A stretch of 62,996 bases of DNA, counting the filler, from Octopus bimaculoides (taxonomy: Eukaryota): NCBI RefSeq assembly GCF_001194135.2. It is 9 parts of 7 records of this genome, joined end to end, with 100 filler letters (N's around TTAATTAATTAA, not from the genome) between each part and the next. Parts side by side here need not be neighbours in the genome. Positions count along the whole stretch, not along the records: positions 13,629 to 41,076 come from NC_068983.1; 8 more parts are not named here. One strand, 5' to 3'. Under the pieces are notes generated by a model, which had not been told where the DNA came from, made no database searches, and worked only from the letters and a program-made list of their open reading frames with translations. Shown one piece after another: positions 24,421 through 35,772 of the stretch (the first letter of the stretch is position 1; every line of letters starts with the position of its first letter). Made by a program: the position numbers and the translations under genes.

Positions 24421-24640
24421 CATATGGCATAGTAGTTAAGATTCCGAGTTCAATTCCAGGCAATGACCTGAATAATAATAATAATGATAACAACATCGAA
24501 AAATACCTTAGGAATGAGAACCCAGGTTTGAAATTTCCCCCAGACACCTGATGAAGGCTGAAGGATATATCAGCCGAAACATTGTGTTAACAACAAACAA
24601 GATGAGGACAAATATCTGTCAAATGTAAATAATGTAAAAG
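24421..24640 (+). mobile_element. Short element: tRNA-like head, (AAT)n linker and a body carrying a hammerhead-like motif
   Basis: A-box-like TGGCATAGTAG (24425), B box GTTCAATTC (24448-24456), then the hammerhead architecture at 24543-24588. Confidence 0.6.
24543..24588 (+). ncRNA. Minimal type I hammerhead ribozyme-like motif (probably decayed copy)
   Basis: GACAC-CTGATGA-A-GGCTGA-aggatata-TCAGCC-GAAA-C-AT-T-GTGTT. Intact CUGANGA and GAAA cores, 6-bp stem II, 5-bp stem I (GACAC/GUGUU). Stem III reads ACAT, one transition away from the palindrome ACGT. Confidence 0.7.
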
Positions 24641-25448
24641 CTTTTAGTCAGTAAATTACTTTAGTCATTACATTAAAATCCTTTATTCAGCACAGTACAG
24701 TCAGAGGATTCTGTTTATACAGTACGATACTTTAGATTGTACAGTAAAATATATATCTGTGCTGTACAAGAGTTAAGTATATGGTGTGTAAAATTATGCA
24801 CTGTGGAAGACATTGTGTTAAGCAGTGGATGTCTCCCAGAAGAGATTTAGTAACTGGAATTATCAATTTTCACAGGTAGTACCAGTGCAGTAGCATTTGG
24901 TTTCAGATTCTATAAGAAATCATATGGCACAACATAGTGATGCTAGACAGTGTGTGTAATGTTAGTACCATGTGACAATTATGGATTGTTATTGAATTGA
25001 AAGAGCTCATACTAATAGCAAACTTACATCAACGTCGCCTAAGGGTAGACAGCAGTGATAACGGTGGTGGTGGTGGTGGTGGTGGTGGAGGTGACAGAGG
25101 AAGTGTGTGAGGACGCAGGGGAATACATCGTCGAAAAAGGAATTCAAGGCGTGATGACATACTCTAAGTTATTGAAAATAAAGTCAAATAAATACATGTA
25201 CATACACACACACAAGTAATCAGACACATATGTTCATGATAACACATACATACATAAATGTCTTTTTTGTACAAACACACACACATGTACATACACGAAC
25301 ACATATATATATTTCAATCAACTGTAAAGTTTCAAAACTGGCTCAAAACGACAATGATTTCAAGCATGACACATCAAACGAGCTGCCAAGCTTATACATT
25401 TACATACATACATATATACATACATATATACATACATACATACATACA

Positions 25449-25481
<33 letters not shown>

Positions 25482-25551
25482 CTATGTGCATATATATATA
25501 ATGATGATATGTTGTCAACTTAATGTGACAGTCCCATGAAAGGGAAAAATG

Positions 25552-25591
<40 letters not shown>

Positions 25592-25699
25592 TGTACTGGG
25601 TGCTTTTGCATGGCACTGGTACAGGTGCTTTTATGTGGTGCTGTACAGGTGTTTTTAAGTAGCATCACATGATGTTTTTACATGGTGCTGCATATGCAT

Positions 25700-26010
25700 G
25701 TATCATCATCATCATCATCGTTTAACATCCGCTTTCCATGCCGGCATGGGTTGGACAATTTGACTGAGGACTGGTGAACCAGATGGCTACACCAGGCTCC
25801 AATCTGATTTGGCAGAGTGTCTACAGCTGGATGCCCTTCCTAACGCCAACCACTCTGAGAGTGTAGTGGGTGCTTTTGCGTGCCACCGGCACGAAGGCCA
25901 GTCCAGGGGTACTGGCAACGGCCACGCTCAAAATGGTGTATTTTACATGCCACCTGCACAGCGGGACTGGCAACGAACTCACTCGAATGTCTTTTCAAGT
26001 GCCACTGGCA
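25700..26010 (-). mobile_element. Repeat family C
   Basis: Colinear with the 15240 and 28648 copies. Confidence 0.85.
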
Positions 26011-27099
26011 CAAGTGCCAGGAAGGCGGTGCAGATGAAAATTCTTGAGAAAAATCTTGCATATTTCTACTGTTCCACTTACAAATGGTATTTGCAATGTG
26101 CATATTAGTTGCTTGATTTCTTTATTTGAAAATGTATGTATGCATATATGTATGATTTTTCTTTCAACTTAATTTAAGTTCTTGAGAGAGTTCAAGCCAG
26201 TTGCAAATAAAGCAACAAGACTTTTTGAGTTAAGAGATGTTGGTAAATATATGGTTGAGTTAGTGTGTTGGTTGAACTGTCAATACATACACCCCAGTGT
26301 GCATCTCTTCACATAGGAATCTCAGATGGAGAATTTTTGGAATGTCTTACAAATCTTTATTGTGCTACAAACAGATCAGAGTTGGAGAATCCACATCAGT
26401 TTTTTTTTTTTGCTCCTTTTCCATGAACCCGAGTATTTCCAGGCTTTTGTGCAACTGGTACATAACCTAATGTACCTTTGATGATAGATGCAAATAAGAA
26501 TTCATAATTGCATGCATGTATGTGTTTGTGTGTTGTGAACATAATTGCGAGTATTAAAACAGGATAAACCAATCAATCACCAATAAAATCATATATTGCT
26601 ATATTAATTTGTTCATCTTACAACTGTTGTTTTGATGCTAGCATGGATTGGAAGAATACATATAATTGACATTTATTTTACAGCCGGATGCCTTTCCTGT
26701 CAGTAATCCTTATCAGTTTTTCAAGTAAGGCATTTGTTGTTTCACTATTTTTTTAAAGTGCAGGGTGAAAACTTTTGACAGAGAATCTCAACAAAAATCA
26801 CCATTTTTAGTTCAACTGTTTCATGTGAATACACAGAGTTCCATACACTTACATAGCATACATCATACATGTATGATGAAAGATGTGCTTATATGTTCAT
26901 TTTTATGTTTGTTTTTTTTAATGATTCTCTTGTGATTGATAATTTGGCCACTTATAAAATACACTAACAACAGTCCAACATTCAGCCTAAGTTTACTCCT
27001 GATAGCACTACTGTTTCTGTTTACCACAAACACTATTTTAATGTATTGCACTTAGAATGGGTGTGACACTAATTTAACACCCATCTGCAATGCCCATAA

Positions 27100-27720
27100 A
27101 CTAATACCAAAGAGTGTTAAGGAATTCCAAAACTGGCTCTACTAAATCAATTCAAATGAGGATTAATCAAAAGAGGCAGATTTTATGTGGATTCTGGAAA
27201 ATAACCAGGAGAATACTTAATCATGGCAAATCTCCTATTTCCACAATCATCAATGGACCTGAGAGAGCCAAGTTATTTGCTAAGAACTTTGCATCAAATG
27301 CTAAACTCAATGACTCTAACCATTATTTGCCTAGCTTTCTCATTTATACAAACTGCTTTCAAGTATCAGTCAGGGAGGCTTCCACACTTATTTGGAAGCA
27401 ACTAGCCTAAACAGTCATAGTGTTGATACACCTCTCACCTTGAGATATCCATAGTTTTAGGAATGTTGTTCACTTGTTGTCTTAAGGAGAAATGGCTCCT
27501 GAACTGATGGTAGAAGTCTGAAGTTTTCCCAGTTTTCAAGAATTTCAGTGAACATGCCTCCCTATTTCAGGGAGCAAAAGGAAGCTGTTAAACTGTATTA
27601 TTTATTAGCACATTCTTAACCACTTGAATAAAACCTATCTGCCTCCTTGTACAAAGCTTGTCTCCTTACTGATATGCAATTTGGTTTAGGATTTTCCTCT
27701 GCTCATGTTTGCCCAACTAA
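27100..27720 (+). pseudogene. Non-LTR retrotransposon (CR1/Jockey group) ORF2 fragment upstream of and entering RT
   Basis: FWKITRRILN...IINGPERAKLFAKNFASN, then PVFKNFSEH (domain-1-like PVFKxG...NYRPIS); many stops and frameshifts. Confidence 0.7.
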
Positions 27721-28594
27721 ACTGAAGGTAACGACTTTAAAATAAGAAATTATGACATTATTTAAGACTTTGATAATAAATTAAAATATTTCCCTCAATT
27801 AAAGTGATGGGGTTAATGAGATAAAGCCTTAATATCACAGGTATTTATTTAAAAAAAATTCTAAGAAAAATATCTAGGTGTTAGACACTGGAATAGTAAT
27901 ATCAACTACATAAAGCAATCAAATCTTCCTGAGTTCACAATCTTACATTATTTTTGAAGGGGAAGGAAGGACATATTAGCATATGTAGTCCTAGATACAC
28001 TGTGTTTGAAAATAAAAGTAGAGATAGCCAGTCTTTTTGTGTTTTAACCTTTTATTCAAGTGAACAGGCAGTACCCATGATCCTTTACAAGACCACCAAG
28101 ACAAGGAGAAGAGAGAGAGGGAAGATTTCCTCAAACTAGAGATCAAGCCTGAATACTTACAAGGCTGAGAATTCTGCTAAATACACCCAAGAGCCAAGTG
28201 GAGGTGGTAAATAGGTGATGGGTTAAGTTTGATTAAATAAGACTAACCTGGGGTCAAACAGAACCAAGAATTATAACAACTAATACTATGTTGTCTTTAT
28301 ATTCTCCTATAATGATGCTGCAATTTTTCATGCAAGTAAGTTACACAAAATGCACAGAAACCTGCATCTAATAATAGATGCTACTTTTCAAAAATGCAAA
28401 TTAGTTTTACGAGTATATAGGCACAGGAGTGACTGTATGGTAAGTAGTGGTAAGTAGCTTGCTTTTCAACTACATAGTTCTGGGTTCAGTCCCACTGCAT
28501 GGCACCTTGGGCAAGTGTCTTCTACTATAACCACAGGCCAACCAAAGCCTTGTGAGTGGATTTGGTAGACGGAAACTGAAAGAAGTCCATTGTA

Positions 28595-28647
<53 letters not shown>

Positions 28648-28650
<3 letters not shown>

Positions 28651-28898
28651 TTACTGGCATGTAAAATGCACCATTTGAGCATGGCCATTGCCAGTACCGC
28701 CAGAATGGCCCTCGTGCCAGTGGCACATAAAAAGCACCCACTACACTCTCGGAGTGGTTGGCATTAGGAAGGGCATCCAGCTGTAGTAACTCTGCCAGAT
28801 CAGATTGGAGTTTGGTGTAGCCATCTGGTTCGTCAGTCCCCAGTCAAATCATCCAACCCATGCTAGCATGGAAAGTGGACATTAAATGAGGATGATGA
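28648..28898 (+). mobile_element. Repeat family C, nested in SINE A
   Basis: Ends acccatgctagcatggaaagtggacattaaatgaggatgatga. Confidence 0.85.
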
Positions 28899-28900
28899 TA

Positions 28901-29135
28901 CACGGTGGCCCAAAAGTAGGTCTACAGTTATTCAACTATCTCTTTCGCATTCATATATTAACAGTTTAGATCTTAATTATAAAAAAATATGAAACCATTA
29001 TTCTATGTTAATTTATTTAATTTTGTCAAGCTTCCTTTTCAGTTTGTAAGATAGAAATTTAAATGTAATAAAATGTTTGAACAGAAATTTAAAGTGCCTA
29101 CGTGATAACTGTACACCTACTTTTGGGCCACCCTG
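28901..29135. mobile_element. Tc1/mariner-type MITE, 235 bp
   Basis: 31-bp TIRs CACGGTGGCCCAAAAGTAGGTCTACAGTTAT and the reverse complement of ATAACTGTACACCTACTTTTGGGCCACCCTG (2 mismatches); TA on both sides. Confidence 0.92.
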
Positions 29136-29559
29136 TATATATATATGTATATATTTGTGTGTCTGTATTTGTCCCCCCATGATCACTTCACAACAGATGT
29201 TGGTGTGTTTACATCCCAGTAACTTAGCAGTTCTGCAAAAGAGAATGATAGAATAAGTACTAGGCTTACAAAGAATAAGTTCTAGGGTTGATTTGTTTGA
29301 CTAAAGGCAGGGCTCCAGCATGGCCACTGTTAAGACTGAAACAAATAAAAGAATATCAATATGCTTTTTTTTTTATTCTTTTACTGATTTTGTCCTTTTC
29401 TCTGCAGCCATACTGGAGCATCACTGTCAGGGATTTTTGATGGCCATATTGAGCTATTTCTTTCAGTCTGGTACTTATTTAATCGATCTCCTTGTATTGG
29501 AAGGCTAGGATGCCATTTNNNNNNNNNNTAATACAAAGTAAAACTATATATCTATATAT

Positions 29560-29750
29560 AAAAGCACCCACTACACTCTCGGAGTGGTTGGTGTTAGGAA
29601 GGGCATCCAGCTGTAGAAACTCTGTCAAATCAGATTGGAGCCTGGTGTAGCCATCTGGTTCACCAGTCCTAGGTCAAATCGTCCAACCTATGCTAGCATG
29701 GAAAGCGAACATTAAACGATGATCATGATGATCATGATGATCATGATGAT
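29560..29750 (+). mobile_element. Repeat family C, 5'-truncated
   Basis: aaaagcacccactacactctcggagtggttgg...gctagcatggaaagcgaacattaaacg followed by (ATCATG)n. Confidence 0.85.
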
Positions 29751-29878
29751 GATATATATATATATATATATAGGTATGTTGATGCAAACAGGAAAAATAG
29801 AACTCAAAATATGAGTACATGTATATTTTCATTAATATTTAGCAGAAGTAAGAGAGTGACTCAAATATATGTAAGTTC

Positions 29879-29914
29879 CTTTCTGTCGAAGAGCATAGGC
29901 CCGAAATGTAAAAG
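29879..29914 (+). ncRNA. Variant minimal hammerhead-like motif (core A6 replaced by U)
   Basis: CTTT-CTGTCGA-A-GAGC-atag-GCCC-GAAA-TGT-A-AAAG. Stem I CUUU/AAAG, stem II with one mismatch, no stem III loop. Confidence 0.45.
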
Positions 29915-30529
29915 ACTTTCTCACTTCCCAAGCGTTAAACTAATACATCTGTTAGTTGTTTACACACCCATCTTTGTCTTTTGTTTTTTTATAAATTCTC
30001 ACTATATGAGTGTGTGTGTGTGTTTAAATATATATATGTGTGTGTGTGTGTGTGTGTATAAATATATATATATGTGTGTGTGTATATAGAAATANNNNNN
30101 NNNNNNNNNNNNNNNNNNNNNNNNNNNNNNNNNNNNNNNNNNNNNNNNNNNNNNNNNNNNNNNNNNNNNNNNNNNNNNNNNNNNNNNNNNNNNNNNNNNN
30201 NNNNNNNNNNNNNNNNNNNNNNNNNNNNNNNNNNNNNNNNNNNNNNNNNNNNNNNNNNNNNNNNNNNNNNNNNNNNNNNNNNNNNNNNNNNNNNNNNNNN
30301 NNNNNNNNNNNNNNNNNNNNNNNNNNNNNNNNNNNNNNNNNNNNNNNNNNNNNNNNNNNNNNNNNNNNNNNNNNNNNNNNNNNNNNNNNNNNNNNNNNNN
30401 NNNNNNNNNNNNNNNNNNNNNNNNNNNNNNNNNNNNNNNNNNNNNNNNNNNNNNNNNNNNNNNNNNNNNNNNNNNNNNNNNNNNNNNNNNNNNNNNNNNN
30501 NNNNNNNNNNNNNNNNNNNNNNNNNNNNN

Positions 30530-30568
<39 letters not shown>

Positions 30569-33038
30569 TTCATATATAGACTTATGAACCTATGGCTTGG
30601 GAAAAACTTTTGAATGGTCCTTCCCGAGCCATACATTGAGAAGTTTGGTTTCCCAGATTCTGTGGCATAAATATTTCCCCAATGGACAAGATACCAGTTC
30701 ATTGCAGAATTACTAATTTTTGATCAAATGAGTGAACTGGAGCAATGTGAAATAAGGTGCTCTTCTCAACAAAACAATATATTACCTGGTCCAGGAATCA
30801 AAACCACAATCTTATGATTATGAGTGTAACACCCTGAACCACTGAACCACACATTTCTTTAGAACAATGAAATAATTATTTCTAGCTTATGCACAAGACC
30901 AGCACTTTGAGGAAAGGGAGCAAATCATTAACTGGTAGTCTATTTGATTGACCCCAGAAGTGTGAAAGGTTTAGATGATTGGTGGAATTTGAACTCAGAA
31001 TGTAAAATGCTGGACACTGCCCTAAACTACTGAAGTGATACCCAGAGAAATTTAGTTTTGAATTTACTATTCAATATAACAAAGTTAAATAAACTGTAAT
31101 GAACAGAAAGCAAGTGATAAAGACCACAGCATTAAATACTGTTGCAGGTATTGTAGCTTAGCCCTAGGTCAACTACTGATTGAACAAACCTGTGATCAAA
31201 GACATTTCATCCATGACCATCCTGCATATTTTTCATTAGTCATTACTCAATATGATCTTCATTTTCAAGATGGGTGCAGCTATAGCTTAATGGTTAAGCT
31301 GTTTGTTTTACAGCTACATGGTTTGGGTTCAATCCTACTGAAGGGCTGGTTCCCCGTTTCCATGGCATATAAATTCCCCACCTGGATGAAACACCAGTCT
31401 GTCACAGGATTACTCATTTTTGTTAGCTGAGTGGACAGGAGCAACATGAAATGAAGTGTTTTGTTAAAGAATACAATGCATCACCCGGTCCAAGAATCGA
31501 AACCACAATCTTACAATCATGTGTCTAACACCTTAACCAGTTAGCCACATGACTCCACCAAGGACCACTAACCTGTGATAACCCTCAGCCTCATCAAACA
31601 AGTGCATGAAGTAAGTAAAGCCTACCATGCACAATGATAAATAAGTGATTTTTCTTTTATTATTTTCACCCTAGCTTCTAGCTAACCAAAGCCTTGTTAG
31701 TAAAATTAAGGGAACTACAAGAATCCACTAGATGGGTCATTTCTGTTCTTATATGGTAGAATTGCCCAGATTAAAACTACTACTTAGCTTCAGTGGAGTC
31801 TGTTTTATTACTAGTATTTGAACCAGGCCTTCTGTCTGCATATAACTTCCTCAGTCTCAGTAATGCCTGATAAGAGTCATCGGAGCAGTCTTTATCTTCT
31901 AAGACATTAAAGCAACAATAAGGAAAAAAAATTGAACAAAATAAGACAATGGAGTATGATTTGAGGAAGATTTGGTTGCTATTTCTAACAGATTGGGTTT
32001 CTAGCTAGAGGCTTCCTCATTAGTTTTGATGATATTAAGAATAGAAAAGTGAAACTACATGCACACACATGCACATGTACACACACACATGCACTCACAC
32101 ACACACACATGTTGACAGTCGTTTAGAATTATCATTATCAGCTAACTTAACAATTAAGTTGTTAACGAGCCAGCAAGGGACCAACTATATAGTTACGTAG
32201 AAAAACCGACCGGCTAGAAATAACAGCCAAATCTTTAACAACATCACATCCAAGCAGTCATCTTAAATGACACTATCCATGGAACCTTTTACATGGTTAC
32301 TCAACTGGCTAGAAAGAGCAACCAAATTTTGCTCGGATCATATGCTACTATGTTGAGAAAAGGAAGGAAACTTTGGACAATACAGTCATGACTGGAAAGC
32401 CTCTCATCATTGGACTACAGCAGAAACATTGCGTAAGCTATCTACTTTCACTTTCAAATTATCTTTCATAACTTTTTCTTTTTCCTCTAACAAAATGTCT
32501 TCATGAGTTGCTACGGTAATTAAAAAAATGAAAGAAATAGAGCAATCAATATTCAACACAATCACCCTGCTAATTAGAAATGGCAACTACATCACCCTAA
32601 ACTTATTCGTTAGTGTCATAACAAAAAATGATGCGGAAAGAATATCTGGAGCGTCATGGCTGGAATGCCTCTGGTCATATCACTGTTCAGTCGGGGATAC
32701 CTGGGGGAAACTGATAACAATATTGGGTAGAAAACTACATAAAAGTACATATTATCAATTAATTTAATCTATTAAATAATTTAATACATGTTGAAGGGAA
32801 GTTATCTAAAACTATATGTATTTCTATGTGTATATTGGTGTGTATGTATATGAGAGAGGGGGAGGAGGACATGTGTGTGTGTATGTGTATGTGGGTGTGA
32901 GCAAGTGAATGCACCATGAAAATGGGAGCACATTTGCGAACGATATATTAGAAAGACTGTATGTGTATATTTGTGTGAGTATGTGTTGCATGATATATCA
33001 CAATATATCAGGATATATATATATATATATATAATGTG

Positions 33039-33097
<59 letters not shown>

Positions 33098-33198
33098 ACA
33101 CACTAACAAATACACACATACATATATACACACACATATATATAATAAAGAATGCAAATGTTTTGTTGAAATCATGCATACAAATTGTACACACACAT

Positions 33199-33240
<42 letters not shown>

Positions 33241-33398
33241 ACAGACTGATGTGACTGTGTGTATCTGTGTGTGTGTGTGTGTGTATGGTTATGGAGTCAC
33301 GCATTTTTGCATAAAAGGTTGTGTGCACACATATACGTGTGTCTTCATGCGTATGAAGTTATATCTGCCTGCATTTGTATGTAGTTACACGTTCATGT

Positions 33399-33438
<40 letters not shown>

Positions 33439-34268
33439 CTATATATACATGTATGCACGCTGGCATATTTGTGTATGTAGGCGGGTCTGAGTGTATGTAA
33501 ATGTATATTTATATGTGTTTGAGTGTATGCAAATGTGTGTGTGTGTGCGTATGAGTGTGCATATGTGCACGTGGATATGTGTTTTCATGTTTTCATAGAC
33601 AAACATGACTGTTACTGTGAATACGGGCCTGATCATATAACTGAAAGGGGGTGTGTCAGTGTGTTTCATGTGTCAGTATTTGTGTGACAGTATGTATCTA
33701 TGTGTTTGTGTATGTGTCAGTAAACTGGTCTTCAAATGACGAGAAAGAAATGAAGGCAGTGGACATAGTTTAACCTTTATATCCATAAGCTGGATGAACT
33801 ACGGAGGATACAGAATGTTTTAAAGCATTACAAAGCCACTATAAATGGTTATCAGGTGTTCTTTAATGCTTCTGAGAAAGAAAAAGAAAAATTGGATTTG
33901 TCTACAGGTAAGTGTTTATACTCTTGTAATTTTTCCCTTTTTCGTATTGGGTGGGGAAGCTTCTCAAGAAAAAAATAAAGGAAAAAATTGAATAGAGAAA
34001 GCATATCAGGAACTCGTTATAAAAAAAGAAAACTTAGAACTTCAATTTTGTATTTCTTTTACAGGAACAAAAAATAATGATGAAAATAATCAGGATTATT
34101 CTTTCTTTATTTTATTTTCTCTTTTTCCAATTATTGGAAGGGTGATTAATATTTCTTTGGTAAAGCATCAGAATCACATAAAGAAAGAAAAAGAAAAACT
34201 GTTCTGTTATGTATTACATCCATTGAGAATGAAACTCTGGCAATTATGAAAAAAATACCAATTGGATA

Positions 34269-34309
<41 letters not shown>

Positions 34310-34821
34310 GGTATATATATATATATATATATATTTACACACACACATACACACATATAAACACACACATACACACATATAAACACACACATACACATAT
34401 ACAGATGTAAATATAAATGAAAAATTATATAGGTATTATATGTGCATTTACGTATATGTATGCATTTATGTATGAATACAATTTTATACACATCTATGTA
34501 TGTATATGCAATGTATGTGTAAACATGAAATATATACACAAGCTTTATATATATACATTTATGAGTATATACACATATATATATTTAAATATATACATAT
34601 ATGTACACATGTAAATCTATGTATGTACATAGATATGTAAATATATACATACATATATATGTATATATTAATATTTGCACATATTTATATATATATATAT
34701 ACATACACACAAATACACGTATGCATACAGATAACATACGTATGTATACATAGATAGAGAGACAGTTGACAACATCAATTTCTGGATCAAACAGCTGACA
34801 CCTAAGATACAAAACTCCTAC

Positions 34822-34907
34822 CTGTGGTTCTGTAACTCCTGTGGGTGTGAACGATGTCGATTCGGAGACAAACATTGACACCTTTTACTAGAATGTTGGT
34901 TTCCCAT
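34822..34907 (-). CDS. Candidate first coding exon of an unidentified gene (MGNQHSSKRCQC...)
   Basis: ATG at 34907, 28 codons plus 2 nt, donor AG|gtagga at 34821, N-myristoylation-like start. No homology recognised. Confidence 0.3.
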
Positions 34908-35672
34908 GATTTCTCAGCATTTATAGATCCAGAAACAGATTCGATTCAGCGGATTGAACACAGACAGAGGAACATATTCAACATTTATCCATAAAGCTTG
35001 CCTTTTTCATTTATGTATTCTAAACCAGTTACTATAGTAAAACTGGTGTTTATTCTTAGGGATGTGTGGTGTGTCTGCATACGCACACCAGAGCACATGT
35101 ACTGTGAACACATGGGCATGTGAGTGCAAACATGCATGTGATATCATTTGGAATGAACACGCACAAGAGATAGGGTAGGAGGAGATGGTAAAATAAATGA
35201 ACACTGGTGCTTAAAGAAAGAAGGAAAAGAAAAAGAAAAAAAGAAAGGAAAAAAGAACAAGAAAGAATAAAACAAATATATTGGATGATAGAAGTAGATA
35301 AAAAAAAATAAAGCAAATTGGGGGGAAAAAAAGAAGGAAATTAAATAATAATAATAATAATAAATTAAATAAACAGAAGGTAATTATGTATTTTGATTTA
35401 AAAGTAAGAAAATGTAAGAAGAGAAGAGACACAAAAAAATATGAATATAAAAAATTTAGGAATATGGGGAATTGTTTTCACTTTGTCATAAAAACTTCCT
35501 AAAGAGTAATTTTGTTTTTTTAAAGGAACTTGTGCGATGGAGAACAGAATTATTTAAGTGATAAAAACTCATATAAGATGTCTAGCAATGAAGCTGTTGC
35601 TATTCTAGTTGCTTTAAACTGTGTATGTGTGTGCGCTTATGTGTGTGTATATATATATATACATACATATAC

Positions 35673-35727
<55 letters not shown>

Positions 35728-35741
35728 TATATTTGAATATG

Positions 35742-35772
<31 letters not shown>

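Larger units (their letters stand above)
28425..29355 (+). mobile_element. SINE family A split by nested insertions (family C element and a Tc1-type MITE)
   Basis: The 5' half (28425-28590) and 3' half (about 29150-29355) flank (TA)n plus two other elements. Confidence 0.85.
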
